From positions 29,371 through 93,370 of the forward strand of contig DGDS01000002.1 of the NCBI GenBank assembly GCA_002385575.1: a DNA stretch of 64,000 bases. Reading direction: 5' to 3'. Positions 9,867 to 18,721 of this stretch are shown in pieces; the first letter of the stretch is position 1, and each line of letters starts with the position of its first letter. This stretch comes from Bacillales bacterium UBA3946. Its GTDB lineage: Bacteria > Bacillota_I > Bacilli_A > ML615J-28 > CAG-698. A program made the translations under genes and the position numbers. The notes beneath the pieces are model-generated. The model ran no database searches. It was given only the letters and a program-made list of their open reading frames with translations, and had not been told where the DNA came from.

Positions 9867-10568
9867 ATGATGGAAGCGGTGAGGTGGAAGAACATGATAC
9901 CGATTATTCTGTTGGTCGGCCTGTTGGCCATAACCTACATCCTTCTGTATTATAAAATCGACGCGAAAGTCGTTTTCGCCCTCAAAGTGGTGACGAGCCT
10001 GGGTTTTATCCTGCTCGGTCTTTATGCCTTAAAGCACAGCGACGGTAAATATCCGGCGCTGGTAATTTCAGGCCTGGTAGCAGGGTTTACGGGAGATGTC
10101 GTTCTCGGTTTGCGTAGGATCGATGCGAAGCGGAAAACGAAGTATTTCATCGCCGGCATTGCCCTGTTTTTTACGGGACACTTCTTTTACGCGGCAGCCT
10201 TTCTGCTTTTGTCGTCGCACAGGATTTACATGGATGTTCTTGGGACGGCGGGGATCTCCGCCGTATTTATTATAGCAATGAACCTCAGCGACGTCAAATG
10301 CGGTAAACTGAAATACCTGAATTGCGCTTACGTCCTGCCCCTGTCCTTTCTGGTGGCGGTCACGGGGTTAAACCTGATCTTCGATCATAACCGGATCAAT
10401 GCGATTTTGTTCAGCGGTGCTTTGACCTTCGCTGTATCCGATATCCTGCTTTACCTGCTCTACTTCGGCGGGATGGGCGAAAGTCTTTCCCGGAAGCTGA
10501 AGTCGTTTAACATCGCGACGTATTACCTGGCGCAGACGCTGTTCGCGGCCAGCATATATTATTTATAA
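9867..10568 (+). CDS. YhhN-family (lysoplasmalogenase-like) integral membrane protein
   Basis: Multiple TM helices and the YhhN motifs FTGDVVLGL and FFTGHFFY. Confidence 0.55.
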   Translation: MMEAVRWKNMIPIILLVGLLAITYILLYYKIDAKVVFALKVVTSLGFILLGLYALKHSDGKYPALVISGLVAGFTGDVVLGLRRIDAKRKTKYFIAGIALFFTGHFFYAAAFLLLSSHRIYMDVLGTAGISAVFIIAMNLSDVKCGKLKYLNCAYVLPLSFLVAVTGLNLIFDHNRINAILFSGALTFAVSDILLYLLYFGGMGESLSRKLKSFNIATYYLAQTLFAASIYYL

Positions 10569-10596
10569 AAAGGCGAACGTTTCGCCTTTTTATTGT
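10569..10596. terminator. Bidirectional terminator between the YhhN gene and def
   Basis: Hairpin AAAGGCGAACGTTTCGCCTTTTT with flanking A and T tracts. Confidence 0.6.
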
Positions 10597-11180
10597 TCCC
10601 CGTTGTTTTTCGCAAAAGTAAGACAGCTGCTGTTGTCTTCGATGAAAAACGGATTGGCCTTGTCGATATGGTCGTAAAACAGGATTCCGAAAAGATGGTC
10701 GTATTCGTGCTGGAAGATGACGGCGATCAGGTTTTCCAGTTTCAGAACCTCTTCATGGGCCGTTTTCGTCTCGAAATCATAAAGCCAGGTTCTGGCTTTG
10801 ATCCGCTTGTAACGGTGGACGTAGCCGGAGACGTTCCGGTCGACGGAAAGGCAGCCCTCGCCGTCGGGAAGGTAGATCTTCTCTTCCGAGTGGGAGATGA
10901 TTTTCGGGTTGATGACGGCGTAATGATGGGTGTTGCCGTTCTCGTCTTCGGCGAGGATGACGAATATTTTTTTAAAGACGCCGATTTGCGGGGCCGCGAG
11001 GCCGTAGGCCGGGCGGAGTCCGTACTTCTCGACTTTCTCCGGGTCATATCCATTCACGATATACTCGTTTATTTTTTCGATGCTCGCGATGTCCTCGGCG
11101 GACAACGGCAGCTCGACCGGTTCGGACTTGTTTCTGAGGATCGGGTTGTCGTCTTTGATGATGTCTTCGTATAGCAGCAT
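10590..11180 (-). CDS. def: Peptide deformylase
   Basis: Motifs GLAAPQIG, EGCLS and HEYDHL. Confidence 0.9.
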   Translation of the reverse strand: MLLYEDIIKDDNPILRNKSEPVELPLSAEDIASIEKINEYIVNGYDPEKVEKYGLRPAYGLAAPQIGVFKKIFVILAEDENGNTHHYAVINPKIISHSEEKIYLPDGEGCLSVDRNVSGYVHRYKRIKARTWLYDFETKTAHEEVLKLENLIAVIFQHEYDHLFGILFYDHIDKANPFFIEDNSSCLTFAKNNGEQ

Positions 11181-11285
11181 ATCCTGTACCCTTTATTCTA
11201 TTTTTATTAATTATACCATATTTTATACCACATTTTCAAACGGTACGCAAATAAAAAAAGGAGTATGAAAACTCCCTTTCTTCAC

Positions 11286-11420
11286 TTAGAATCTTCCGAC
11301 AGCGGCTGACCCGATAATCACCAATAAAATGAACAATACAAGGACAAGCGCATATCCGTAACCGCATCCCCAACCGCTAGTCACCGGATATCCGCAGCCT
11401 AATCCATATGATCCGTACAT
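11286..11420 (-). CDS. YjcZ-family small sporulation protein (44 aa). It is not in the ORF track because it is shorter than 60 aa.
   Basis: Hand translation: MYGSYGLGCGYPVTSGWGCGYGYALVLVLFILLVIIGSAAVGRF. It has a Gly/Tyr-rich N-terminus and a hydrophobic tail typical of YjcZ-like peptides. An AGGAGG RBS lies upstream, the upstream -10 region reads CATATACTA (sigma-K-like), and the downstream hairpin GGAGT..ACTCC plus T-run forms a terminator on the minus strand. Confidence 0.5.
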   Translation of the reverse strand: MYGSYGLGCGYPVTSGWGCGYGYALVLVLFILLVIIGSAAVGRF

Positions 11421-11563
11421 TAATTTGTACCTCCTTCCTTTTTATTCACTTTAGTATATGAACGGTATTTTTCAATCACCAGTGTAATAACCTAAATCTG
11501 TTCATTTTCTCGCCAGATATGGTAAAATAATGACGGTGATTGAACGCGCCCCGGCGACCTTCC

Positions 11564-11860
11564 CTACATCGGGTAATCTTCTGGGATGTGCTCGTCTTCG
11601 ACAATCGAATAATCAGAAGTGTCGCGGATTCGCAAATAATTCTCGATTCTGATGATTCTTTTCGCCAGGTTGTTTATCCTTCTCCGGTTCTCCATGATTT
11701 CCATCTGCAGCCGGTTGCTCTGGATCTCGGGATACATCGAACTCATGTTCGGATCGGACATCATCGGGGGAGACTGCGGATAAGGCGAGGGCATGGGGCC
11801 GAATCTTGGGTCATAAGCGTTATGCGTATAGAAACGTTGATGCGCTTTCCTGTTGAACAT
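11564..11860 (-). CDS. Hypothetical Pro/Met/Ser-rich protein with a C-terminal coiled coil, possibly a spore coat protein
   Basis: 98-aa ORF with a GGAGG RBS. A sigma-K-type motif lies upstream (AC-17-CATATTATA, plus-strand coordinates about 11881-11908). The overlapping plus-strand ORF 11540-11878 is judged spurious. Confidence 0.45.
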   Translation of the reverse strand: MFNRKAHQRFYTHNAYDPRFGPMPSPYPQSPPMMSDPNMSSMYPEIQSNRLQMEIMENRRRINNLAKRIIRIENYLRIRDTSDYSIVEDEHIPEDYPM

Positions 11861-11930
11861 CGGAACCTCCTTTTCTAGTTTATAATATGGCGCAAGCGCT
11901 TAAAATGTGAGTTAATTATGGTGATGTTGC

Positions 11931-12647
11931 ATGCGACTGGATAAATTTTTATCATACGCCCTGGGCGTCAGCAGGAGCGATGCCCGGAAGATCATTGCTT
12001 CCGGCCGGGTACAGGTGGGAGAACGGACGATTTTGAAAGGCGACTATTACATCGATGAGAACCGGGATGAAATCCGGCATGACGGCATGCTCCTTAGGTA
12101 TCGGCGATTCGTGTACCTGATGGTGAACAAACCGCGCGGTTATGTGACTGCGACGCATGACGCGCTTCATCCCGCGGTAACGGAGCTGGCTGGGGAGTAT
12201 GCGAAATACGGTCTGTTCATGGCGGGAAGGCTGGACATCGACACCGAGGGTTTCGTCCTGCTGACCAATGACGGCCGCCTCGCCCACGCCATCACCCGTC
12301 CGCTGAACCGCTGCCTGAAGAAATACTATCTGGAAACTGAAGAAGGATTCACGGAAGACGACGTTCGCTATTGCCGGGAAGGCCTGGTGATCCGCGATGG
12401 GAAAGGCAGCTTGGTGACGACGCTTCCGGCGGAACTGGAAATCGTCAACGGAAACGCGGCCTATCTGACCATATACGAAGGCAAGTACCACCAAATCAAG
12501 CAAATGTGCCATCTTCTCGGCAAGACCCTGAGACGGCTTGTGCGTGTGCAGATCGGTCCGATCCCTCTTGATCCCGCATTAAAGCCCGGGGAGTATCGCG
12601 AACTGACGGATGCGGAAATCAACAAACTGAAAAATCAATTCACATAA
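11931..12647 (+). CDS. rsuA: 16S rRNA pseudouridine synthase (RsuA family; S4 domain + PseudoU_synth_2)
   Basis: MRLDKFLS...S4 domain, then the GRLDIDTEGFVLLTNDG catalytic motif. Confidence 0.85.
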   Translation: MRLDKFLSYALGVSRSDARKIIASGRVQVGERTILKGDYYIDENRDEIRHDGMLLRYRRFVYLMVNKPRGYVTATHDALHPAVTELAGEYAKYGLFMAGRLDIDTEGFVLLTNDGRLAHAITRPLNRCLKKYYLETEEGFTEDDVRYCREGLVIRDGKGSLVTTLPAELEIVNGNAAYLTIYEGKYHQIKQMCHLLGKTLRRLVRVQIGPIPLDPALKPGEYRELTDAEINKLKNQFT

Positions 12648-12685
12648 TTCCGGAAAGCGAATAAATTATATTGAGGGGGTGCTGT

Positions 12686-13057
12686 ATGCAATCAAAGATG
12701 GATGAGTTTCGCGAGTTCGTAAGAAGGCATCCGAAAATCCGCGACGAGGTCCGGGCGGGAAGACGCACCTGGCAGAACATCTACGAGGAATGGGTGATTT
12801 ATGGCGAGGATGACGCCCAGTGGTATGATTACCGCGAAGAGCCGCAGACCGGAAATCCCGTCGGCGGAAACAATATCTCCCTGAACGTCGACTCCATCAG
12901 GAACATCATCGGCTATATCCAGAAAATTGATCCTGACAAACTAAACCGCACGCTCAACTCCATTCAGAAAGTAATCCAGATCGCGCAGACTTTCGGTTCC
13001 CGGCAAACGCACCGGACGCCGTATATAACCTCTCCCTACAACGATTGGTGGGATTGA
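12686..13057 (+). CDS. ylbD: YlbD-like putative spore coat protein
   Basis: FREFVRRHPKIRDEVRAGRRTWQNIYEEWVIYGEDD is co-linear with the B. subtilis YlbD N-terminus. ATG at 12686 with a GAGGGGG RBS (the ORF track begins at 12671). Confidence 0.55.
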   Translation: MQSKMDEFREFVRRHPKIRDEVRAGRRTWQNIYEEWVIYGEDDAQWYDYREEPQTGNPVGGNNISLNVDSIRNIIGYIQKIDPDKLNRTLNSIQKVIQIAQTFGSRQTHRTPYITSPYNDWWD

Positions 13058-13058
13058 G

Positions 13059-13289
13059 TTGCGCGATGAGATAATCGAGAAGTTATATAATAACGAACAG
13101 TACCTGGATTACCTGCGCCGCCACCCAAAATGGTATTATTATCTGGATCTGGACCCAGGCTATTTCAAGGAATTTGAACGGGTCGTGAAAAAGGCGCTGA
13201 AGCTTACGACCTACGACAAACTCGAAGCGATAAAAAGACAAGTCAACTTCGCGAGCGCGATGATCAATTATTTCACCAGTTCCAGATAA
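13059..13289 (+). CDS. ylbE: YlbE-like small protein
   Basis: 76 aa, TTG start overlapping the ylbD stop, adjacent to ylbD as in Bacillus (LRRHPKWYYYL). Confidence 0.4.
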   Translation: MRDEIIEKLYNNEQYLDYLRRHPKWYYYLDLDPGYFKEFERVVKKALKLTTYDKLEAIKRQVNFASAMINYFTSSR

Positions 13290-13308
13290 TTTTATGTATT
13301 TGCATTTA

Positions 13309-13355
13309 TCTGTCAAGTATTTTTACTTGACAGATTTTTTATTCGGTGGTAAAAT
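13309..13355 (+). promoter_or_regulatory. Terminator hairpin for ylbE with an overlapping sigma-A promoter for rpsP
   Basis: Perfect 11-bp inverted repeat TCTGTCAAGTA-tttt-TACTTGACAGA followed by a T6 run. The downstream arm carries TTGACA, followed by a 17-nt spacer and TGgTAAAAT. Confidence 0.6.
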
Positions 13356-13381
13356 ATATAGGAATTTAAGGAGGTTTATTT

Positions 13382-13657
13382 ATGGCAGTTAAATTAAGAT
13401 TGCAAAGATTCGGTTCCAAGAAAAGACCCTATTACCGGGTTGTGGCCACGGACTCGCGCAACCCGCGCGACGGCCGGTTCATCGAGATCATCGGCATTTA
13501 CCAACCGATCGAGAAGGATACCCTTCGCATCGATGAAGAAAAGGCCCTCGCCTGGTTAAGCAAAGGGGCGCAACCCACGGACACGGTCAAGTCATTGTTC
13601 CGTAAAGTCGGGATCAACGAGAAATTCATGAAGCAAAAAGCAGGTATCAAGGAATGA
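13382..13657 (+). CDS. rpsP: 30S ribosomal protein S16
   Basis: [26 protein letters not shown]... is a canonical S16 N-terminus. Confidence 0.95.
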   Translation: MAVKLRLQRFGSKKRPYYRVVATDSRNPRDGRFIEIIGIYQPIEKDTLRIDEEKALAWLSKGAQPTDTVKSLFRKVGINEKFMKQKAGIKE

Positions 13658-13905
13658 ACGAACTCAACTACGAAAAATTCATTGCTGATTTAGCCGCGCC
13701 GCTGATTCGTTATCCCCAGGAGATGATCGTCAAGAAGTTCGCGGAAGACGATAATAAGATCGTCATCCACGTCATGGTCAATCCCGAGGATATCGGGCGG
13801 ATCATCGGCAAGCAAGGCCGGATCATCAACTCGATCCGGACCATTGCCCAGGCCTGCGCCGCCAAAAACGGCAAGCGGATTGAAATATCGGTCGATTCGT
13901 TCTAG
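13654..13905 (+). CDS. ylqC: KH-domain RNA-binding protein (YlqC family)
   Basis: GxxG KH motif [16 protein letters not shown], in the conserved position after rpsP. Confidence 0.8.
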   Translation: MNELNYEKFIADLAAPLIRYPQEMIVKKFAEDDNKIVIHVMVNPEDIGRIIGKQGRIINSIRTIAQACAAKNGKRIEISVDSF

Positions 13906-13999
13906 TTTCAACACGATTAAGAAAGGCAAAGGAGTGTGTTAACGTGGCAAGGATAATTATTAGGGGATTAAGTTGTAACCACACTTCCGCTCATTCATC

Positions 14000-16456
14000 A
14001 TGAAATGCTTCCGGAAGCAGTATTATCTAAAAAACGTCGCCTCAAGCAGCATCATCCGGAAAATCGAATTTGATATCAGCCGCGTGTTCAAAAACGGCGC
14101 GATAAAGATCAACCCGGACAACAACGTCATGATGGTCGAGTTCAAGAATTGCGAGAGCATCGAGGAAGACATCGCGTTGATCATGGAAACCATTAAGAAA
14201 GTGGACGACGATATCATCATCGAGGAAAAAGAAATAAAGCCGACATACCGGAAGGTGTTATTGCTTGAAAACCTCGACTGCGCCAACTGCGCCGCCAAGA
14301 TCGAACGGATCGCCAAGCGGACTTTTGACCATGAAATGATCGTCGTCGATTTCGCCTCGACCCGGTTCATCATCGAGACGTCCGACAAGGAACTGGTCGA
14401 AAATCTCCTGGAAAGGGTCCAGGCGATCGCGCGCAGCGTCGATGTCGATATCAAGGTGAGCGAATTCACCAAGAATAAGCCGGTGTTTGAGCGCGGCATC
14501 AAGATCGACAAGGGAAGAAAAACCTATTTCATCGTCGGTTTTGCCATCTTCCTGTTTGGATTCATCCTGAAGACCGTCCTGCGCCGGTTTGAAATCAAGG
14601 AATATCTGATCTACACGATCATCTATGTCACTTATGTGACCGGATATATCCTGCTGGCTGGCGACATCCTCTACGGCGCCTTTAAGAACATCCAATCGGG
14701 GCGCATCTTCGACGAGAAGTTCCTGATGTCGATGGCGACGATCATCGCCTTCGCCGTCGGTTATTACGACGAGGCGGTCTTCATCATGATCTTCTACCGC
14801 ATCGGCGAGCTTTGCCAGCAATACGCGGTCAACTATTCGCGCCGGTCGATCGCCAAACTGATCGACATCCAGCCGCAGAAAGCCGCGCTTTATATGAATG
14901 ACGAGATCGTTGAAGTCGATCCGGCGGAAATCGTCGTCGGCGACGTGATCTTCGTGCGTCCCGGCGAACGCATCCCCCTGGACGGTGTGATCATCGAAGG
15001 TGAGGGCACGCTTGACGTTTCGGCCCTGACCGGCGAAAGCATCCACCGCGATGTGTCCGTCGACGACGAGGTCTTCTCGGGTGCGATCAACGTCGACGGG
15101 AACCTGAGCATCCGCGTCACCAGGCCGTACAAAGATTCGATGGTGGCGAAAATCCTCAATCTCGTCGAAAACGCGAGCAGCCTGAAATCGAAATCGGAAA
15201 ACTTCATTTCGAAATTCGCCCGTTATTATACGCCAACGATTGTTGCGCTCGCCTTCATCATCGCGATCACGTTGCCGTTTATCAATCCGTCGCTTTCGCT
15301 CGGCTGGGAAAACGGCTTCAAGCACTCGATTAAGATCGCTTTGATCTTCCTGGTCGTTTCCTGTCCCTGCGCTCTGGTCATCTCGATTCCCCTCGGTTTC
15401 TTCGGCGGGATCGGTGGCGCCAGCCGGCAGGGCATCCTCGTGAAGGGAAGCAACTACCTCGAAACGCTGAATGCGGTCGAATACTTCGTTTTCGATAAGA
15501 CCGGAACGCTCACAAATGGCCACTTTACTCTCGACAAGATCGTCACCTTCGGCGCTTACGATGAGGATAAGATTCTGGAATTGGCGGCGCACGCCGAATT
15601 CAACTCCACCCATCCGATTGCGAAGGCGATCATCGACGCCTACGGCGCCGACAACGTTTCCGTGCAAAGGATCAAGTTCCAGCGCTTTGCGGTCGGGACT
15701 GGTGTAAACAACAAGGTCGACCACTATGATGTCCACGTCGGCCGTGCCGAATACCTGAGGGAAAACGGCATTGCCGTCACCGAGATCATGGCCGCCGGCA
15801 ACCGCGTATATGTGGCCATCAACAGCAAGGTCGAAGGCTGCCTGATCATCAAGGACAACATCAAGGAAAACGCTGCGACGGCGATCGCGGCGCTGCGCGA
15901 CGTCGGCATCAAACGGACGTTCATGTTGACGGGCGACAGCGAACTCATTGCCGAGGATGTCAGCGCCCAGGTCGGGATCGACGAGTATTATGCGAACATG
16001 ACGCCAATCGACAAGGTGGACAAGGTGCTCGAGCTTAAACACGAACTCAGCAAGTCCGGCGAAAAAATCGCTTACGTCGGCGACGGGATCAATGACGCTC
16101 CCGTATTAAGCAGCGCCGACGTCGGGATTGCCATGGGCGGTTTGGGCAGCGACGCCGCGATCGAAGTAGCGGACATCGTTTTGATGACCGATGATTTGAG
16201 TAAGCTCGCGACTGCGAAAAGGATCGCGAAAAAAACGCGGCGTATCGTCATTCAGAATATCTGCCTCGCCCTGATCGTGAAAGCCACGGTCCTGTTGCTG
16301 GCGTTGCTCGAGCCGTTCATCAACGATTCCGTTTTCGCCTTCATCCTTGACTTTTTGATTTACGAGGCGCTGTTTGCCGATGTCGGCGTTTCCCTGATCG
16401 CAATCCTGAACTCGTTACGGGCGATGCGGCTGAACAAAAATAACTTGCGAGGTTGA
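14000..16456 (+). CDS. Heavy-metal (Cd/Zn/Co-type, P1B) translocating P-type ATPase, CadA-like, with a degenerate N-terminal HMA-like domain plus a CANC HMA domain
   Basis: CPC motif (SCPCALV), DKTGTLT, GDGINDAP, the CadA-type metal-binding motif DCANCAAKIE, and HP in the N-domain. The start codon is uncertain (no clear RBS at 14000). Confidence 0.85.
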   Translation: MKCFRKQYYLKNVASSSIIRKIEFDISRVFKNGAIKINPDNNVMMVEFKNCESIEEDIALIMETIKKVDDDIIIEEKEIKPTYRKVLLLENLDCANCAAKIERIAKRTFDHEMIVVDFASTRFIIETSDKELVENLLERVQAIARSVDVDIKVSEFTKNKPVFERGIKIDKGRKTYFIVGFAIFLFGFILKTVLRRFEIKEYLIYTIIYVTYVTGYILLAGDILYGAFKNIQSGRIFDEKFLMSMATIIAFAVGYYDEAVFIMIFYRIGELCQQYAVNYSRRSIAKLIDIQPQKAALYMNDEIVEVDPAEIVVGDVIFVRPGERIPLDGVIIEGEGTLDVSALTGESIHRDVSVDDEVFSGAINVDGNLSIRVTRPYKDSMVAKILNLVENASSLKSKSENFISKFARYYTPTIVALAFIIAITLPFINPSLSLGWENGFKHSIKIALIFLVVSCPCALVISIPLGFFGGIGGASRQGILVKGSNYLETLNAVEYFVFDKTGTLTNGHFTLDKIVTFGAYDEDKILELAAHAEFNSTHPIAKAIIDAYGADNVSVQRIKFQRFAVGTGVNNKVDHYDVHVGRAEYLRENGIAVTEIMAAGNRVYVAINSKVEGCLIIKDNIKENAATAIAALRDVGIKRTFMLTGDSELIAEDVSAQVGIDEYYANMTPIDKVDKVLELKHELSKSGEKIAYVGDGINDAPVLSSADVGIAMGGLGSDAAIEVADIVLMTDDLSKLATAKRIAKKTRRIVIQNICLALIVKATVLLLALLEPFINDSVFAFILDFLIYEALFADVGVSLIAILNSLRAMRLNKNNLRG

Positions 16457-16459
16457 AAA

Positions 16460-16966
16460 ATGGATTATGTTTATGTCGGAACGATTGTCGGCACCCACGG
16501 CATCAGGGGTGAAGTCAAGGTAAGATCCAATTCCGATTTCAAAGCGGAAAGGTTCAGAAAGAACAACACCCTGTATGTCAGGCGCCAGGGCGAGATGGTC
16601 GAAATCGTCATCGACTCGCACCGGACGCACAAGGATTTCGACTTAATAACATTTAATCATCTGACCAATATCAACGACGTCCTCGATTATGTCAACTGCG
16701 ACCTTTATATCCATAAGGACCAGTTGCGGAAACTGGCGGCGGACGAGTATTATTATCACGAACTGGTCGGCCTGACCGTATGTGATGAAGACGGGATTAA
16801 AATCGGCGTGGTCGCCGACGTCACCGAGTATCCCCAGGGCGCGATGCTGGTCGTAGACAAGCCTGATGGCGGACAAGCGCTGATCCCCTTTGTTTCCGCT
16901 TTCGTTAAAAGCGTCGATCTGGAAAAGCGCCTGATCACGATAACGCCGATCGAGGGATTGTTATGA
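16460..16966 (+). CDS. rimM: 16S rRNA processing protein RimM
   Basis: N-terminal GTIVGTHGIRGEVKV and a PRC barrel. Confidence 0.9.
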   Translation: MDYVYVGTIVGTHGIRGEVKVRSNSDFKAERFRKNNTLYVRRQGEMVEIVIDSHRTHKDFDLITFNHLTNINDVLDYVNCDLYIHKDQLRKLAADEYYYHELVGLTVCDEDGIKIGVVADVTEYPQGAMLVVDKPDGGQALIPFVSAFVKSVDLEKRLITITPIEGLL

Positions 16967-17691
16967 TCATCGACATCCTCACCCTCTTTCCCGAAATGTT
17001 TTCGGGACTGAACGCCTCGATCGTGAAAAGGGCTATTGAAAAGGGTCTCGTGGAAATCAGGATCCACGATTTCCGCGCCTATTCGCTCGATAAGAACAAA
17101 CGCGTGGACGACTACTCTTACGGCGGCGGGGCGGGGATGATCATATCGCTCCAGCCGATCGTCGACTGCCTGCGCGCGATTGAAAACCACGGGCAGGCGC
17201 GCAAGATCCTGACATCGCCAGCGGGGAAGGTCTATGACCAGAGCAAGGCGATTGAACTTGCGGGTCTCGAACACATCATCATCGTCTGCGGTCACTACGA
17301 AGGCATCGACGACAGGATCCATGATTATGTCGACGAGTCTCTGTCGATCGGGGATTACATCCTGACGGGCGGGGAAATCGCCGCCATGGCGATCGTCGAC
17401 AGCGTCGTTCGCCTCATCCCCGGCGCACTCGGCAACGAGGAGTCGCACCTTGACGAGAGTTTTTCCGACCAGCTGCTGGAGTTTCCCCAGTATACCAGGC
17501 CGCCGGAATTTGAGGGCCGCGCGGTGCCGGAAGTGCTGCTTTCGGGCGACCACGAGAAGGTGCGGCGTTACCGCCGTTTCAAGTCGCTCGAGCGGACTTA
17601 CCACAACCGGCCCGACCTTCTGGAAAAAGCGAAGCTGTCTCCCGAGGACTTGTCGTTCCTGGAGAAAATAAAGCGTGGTGAGGACTTTTGA
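16963..17691 (+). CDS. trmD: tRNA (guanine37-N1)-methyltransferase
   Basis: MIIDILTLFPEMF... and the SPOUT knot motifs. Confidence 0.9.
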   Translation: MIIDILTLFPEMFSGLNASIVKRAIEKGLVEIRIHDFRAYSLDKNKRVDDYSYGGGAGMIISLQPIVDCLRAIENHGQARKILTSPAGKVYDQSKAIELAGLEHIIIVCGHYEGIDDRIHDYVDESLSIGDYILTGGEIAAMAIVDSVVRLIPGALGNEESHLDESFSDQLLEFPQYTRPPEFEGRAVPEVLLSGDHEKVRRYRRFKSLERTYHNRPDLLEKAKLSPEDLSFLEKIKRGEDF

Positions 17692-18146
17692 GAATACGGT
17701 CCATCCTGATTCTGATCATGATGTTGCTCCTGCTTTCGGCATGCGGCCGGACGAAGGGAAAAGTCTATGAAGATGCGGACATCGCGGAATTCGATAAAGT
17801 CCTGATGCGCGTCGGCGACGGAAAAACCAAGGCGTATGACCTGCGTTCTTACGATGATTGCGTTGCCGGCCGGATTCCCGGGTTTTTCTGTATGCGGACG
17901 ATGCGCGATGGAAAGGAGCGGACCGTTGAGGAAATCGCGGCCGATCTGATCCTTTTGCTCGGGAAGAAATACAACCATCTGATAATCGTTGTCGATTACG
18001 ACGGAACGGACGCGCGCCGTTTCGCCGAGATCATGAACGCCTCCGGCTATTACAACATTCATTATTTCGCCGGCGGCTATGACCGTTATGTGGCGCTTAA
18101 GGGCGACGATTTCGTGCCCGAAACAGGCGGATGCGACGGTTGTTAA
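17688..18146 (+). CDS. Rhodanese-like-domain lipoprotein, predicted catalytically inactive (Asp in place of the active-site Cys)
   Basis: TTG start overlapping the trmD stop. Signal peptide with a lipobox (LLSAC). Rhodanese motifs DLRSYDD...GRIPG are present, but the active-site loop reads YDGTDARR. Confidence 0.55.
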   Translation: MRIRSILILIMMLLLLSACGRTKGKVYEDADIAEFDKVLMRVGDGKTKAYDLRSYDDCVAGRIPGFFCMRTMRDGKERTVEEIAADLILLLGKKYNHLIIVVDYDGTDARRFAEIMNASGYYNIHYFAGGYDRYVALKGDDFVPETGGCDGC

Positions 18147-18189
18147 AAAAATACTTGCCAAAAAGCGCTGATTAATATATAATATTCAA

Positions 18190-18250
18190 GTGCATGATAC
18201 AAAAAAAGGTATTCCGCTGCACGGGATGCATGAATACCGGTTATAAGGAG
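18190..18250 (+). promoter_or_regulatory. Candidate L19 ribosomal-protein leader (structured 5'UTR) with sigma-A promoter
   Basis: TTGCCA-17-TATAAT at about 18160-18190. Nested stems GGTATTC...GAATACC enclose TGCACGGGATGCA, immediately upstream of the rplS RBS. L19 leaders are known in Firmicutes. Confidence 0.4.
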
Positions 18251-18260
18251 CGTGAAAAAA

Positions 18261-18608
18261 ATGAGCCAACAATTAATATCCGAGATTACCAACGAGTACA
18301 TGCGTAAATCGCTGCCTGATTTCCGTCCCGGCGACACCGTCAAGGTTCACGTGAAAATCGTCGAAGGCAACCGCGAACGGATCCAGGTATTCGAGGGTTT
18401 GGTTATTAAAAGACGCGGCGGCGGAATCAGCGAGACGTTCACCGTTCGGAAGAATTCCTATGGCATCGGCGTCGAGAGAACTTTCCCCGTGCATTCCCCC
18501 AGGATTGCCGAAATCGAAGTCGTAAGACAAGGGAAAGTCCGTCGGGCGAAGCTTAACTACATCCGTAAGTTATCCGCCAAGGCCGCCAGAATTAAAGAAA
18601 GAAGATAA
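18261..18608 (+). CDS. rplS: 50S ribosomal protein L19
   Basis: Canonical L19 sequence. AAGGAG RBS with ATG at 18261. A strong terminator hairpin lies at 18611-18650. Confidence 0.95.
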   Translation: MSQQLISEITNEYMRKSLPDFRPGDTVKVHVKIVEGNRERIQVFEGLVIKRRGGGISETFTVRKNSYGIGVERTFPVHSPRIAEIEVVRQGKVRRAKLNYIRKLSAKAARIKERR

Positions 18609-18610
18609 CG

Positions 18611-18650
18611 AAAGGCAGCGGGATCCGCTTTGGATCCGCTGCCTTTTTTC
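18611..18650 (+). terminator. Rho-independent terminator after rplS
   Basis: AAAGGCAGCGGATCC..GGATCCGCTGCCTTTTTTC. Confidence 0.8.
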
Positions 18651-18721
18651 ATTATTTCGTTGCGAAATAGCCGATTTGCTGGTATGATATAGGTATTATA
18701 ATATTGGAGGTATTTCAGAAT

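Noticed and set aside
11540-11878. 112-aa plus-strand ORF overlapping the 98-aa minus-strand gene.
   Set aside because: It has no RBS and a His/Arg-rich, antisense-like composition. The minus-strand ORF has a GGAGG RBS and a sigma-K-like promoter.
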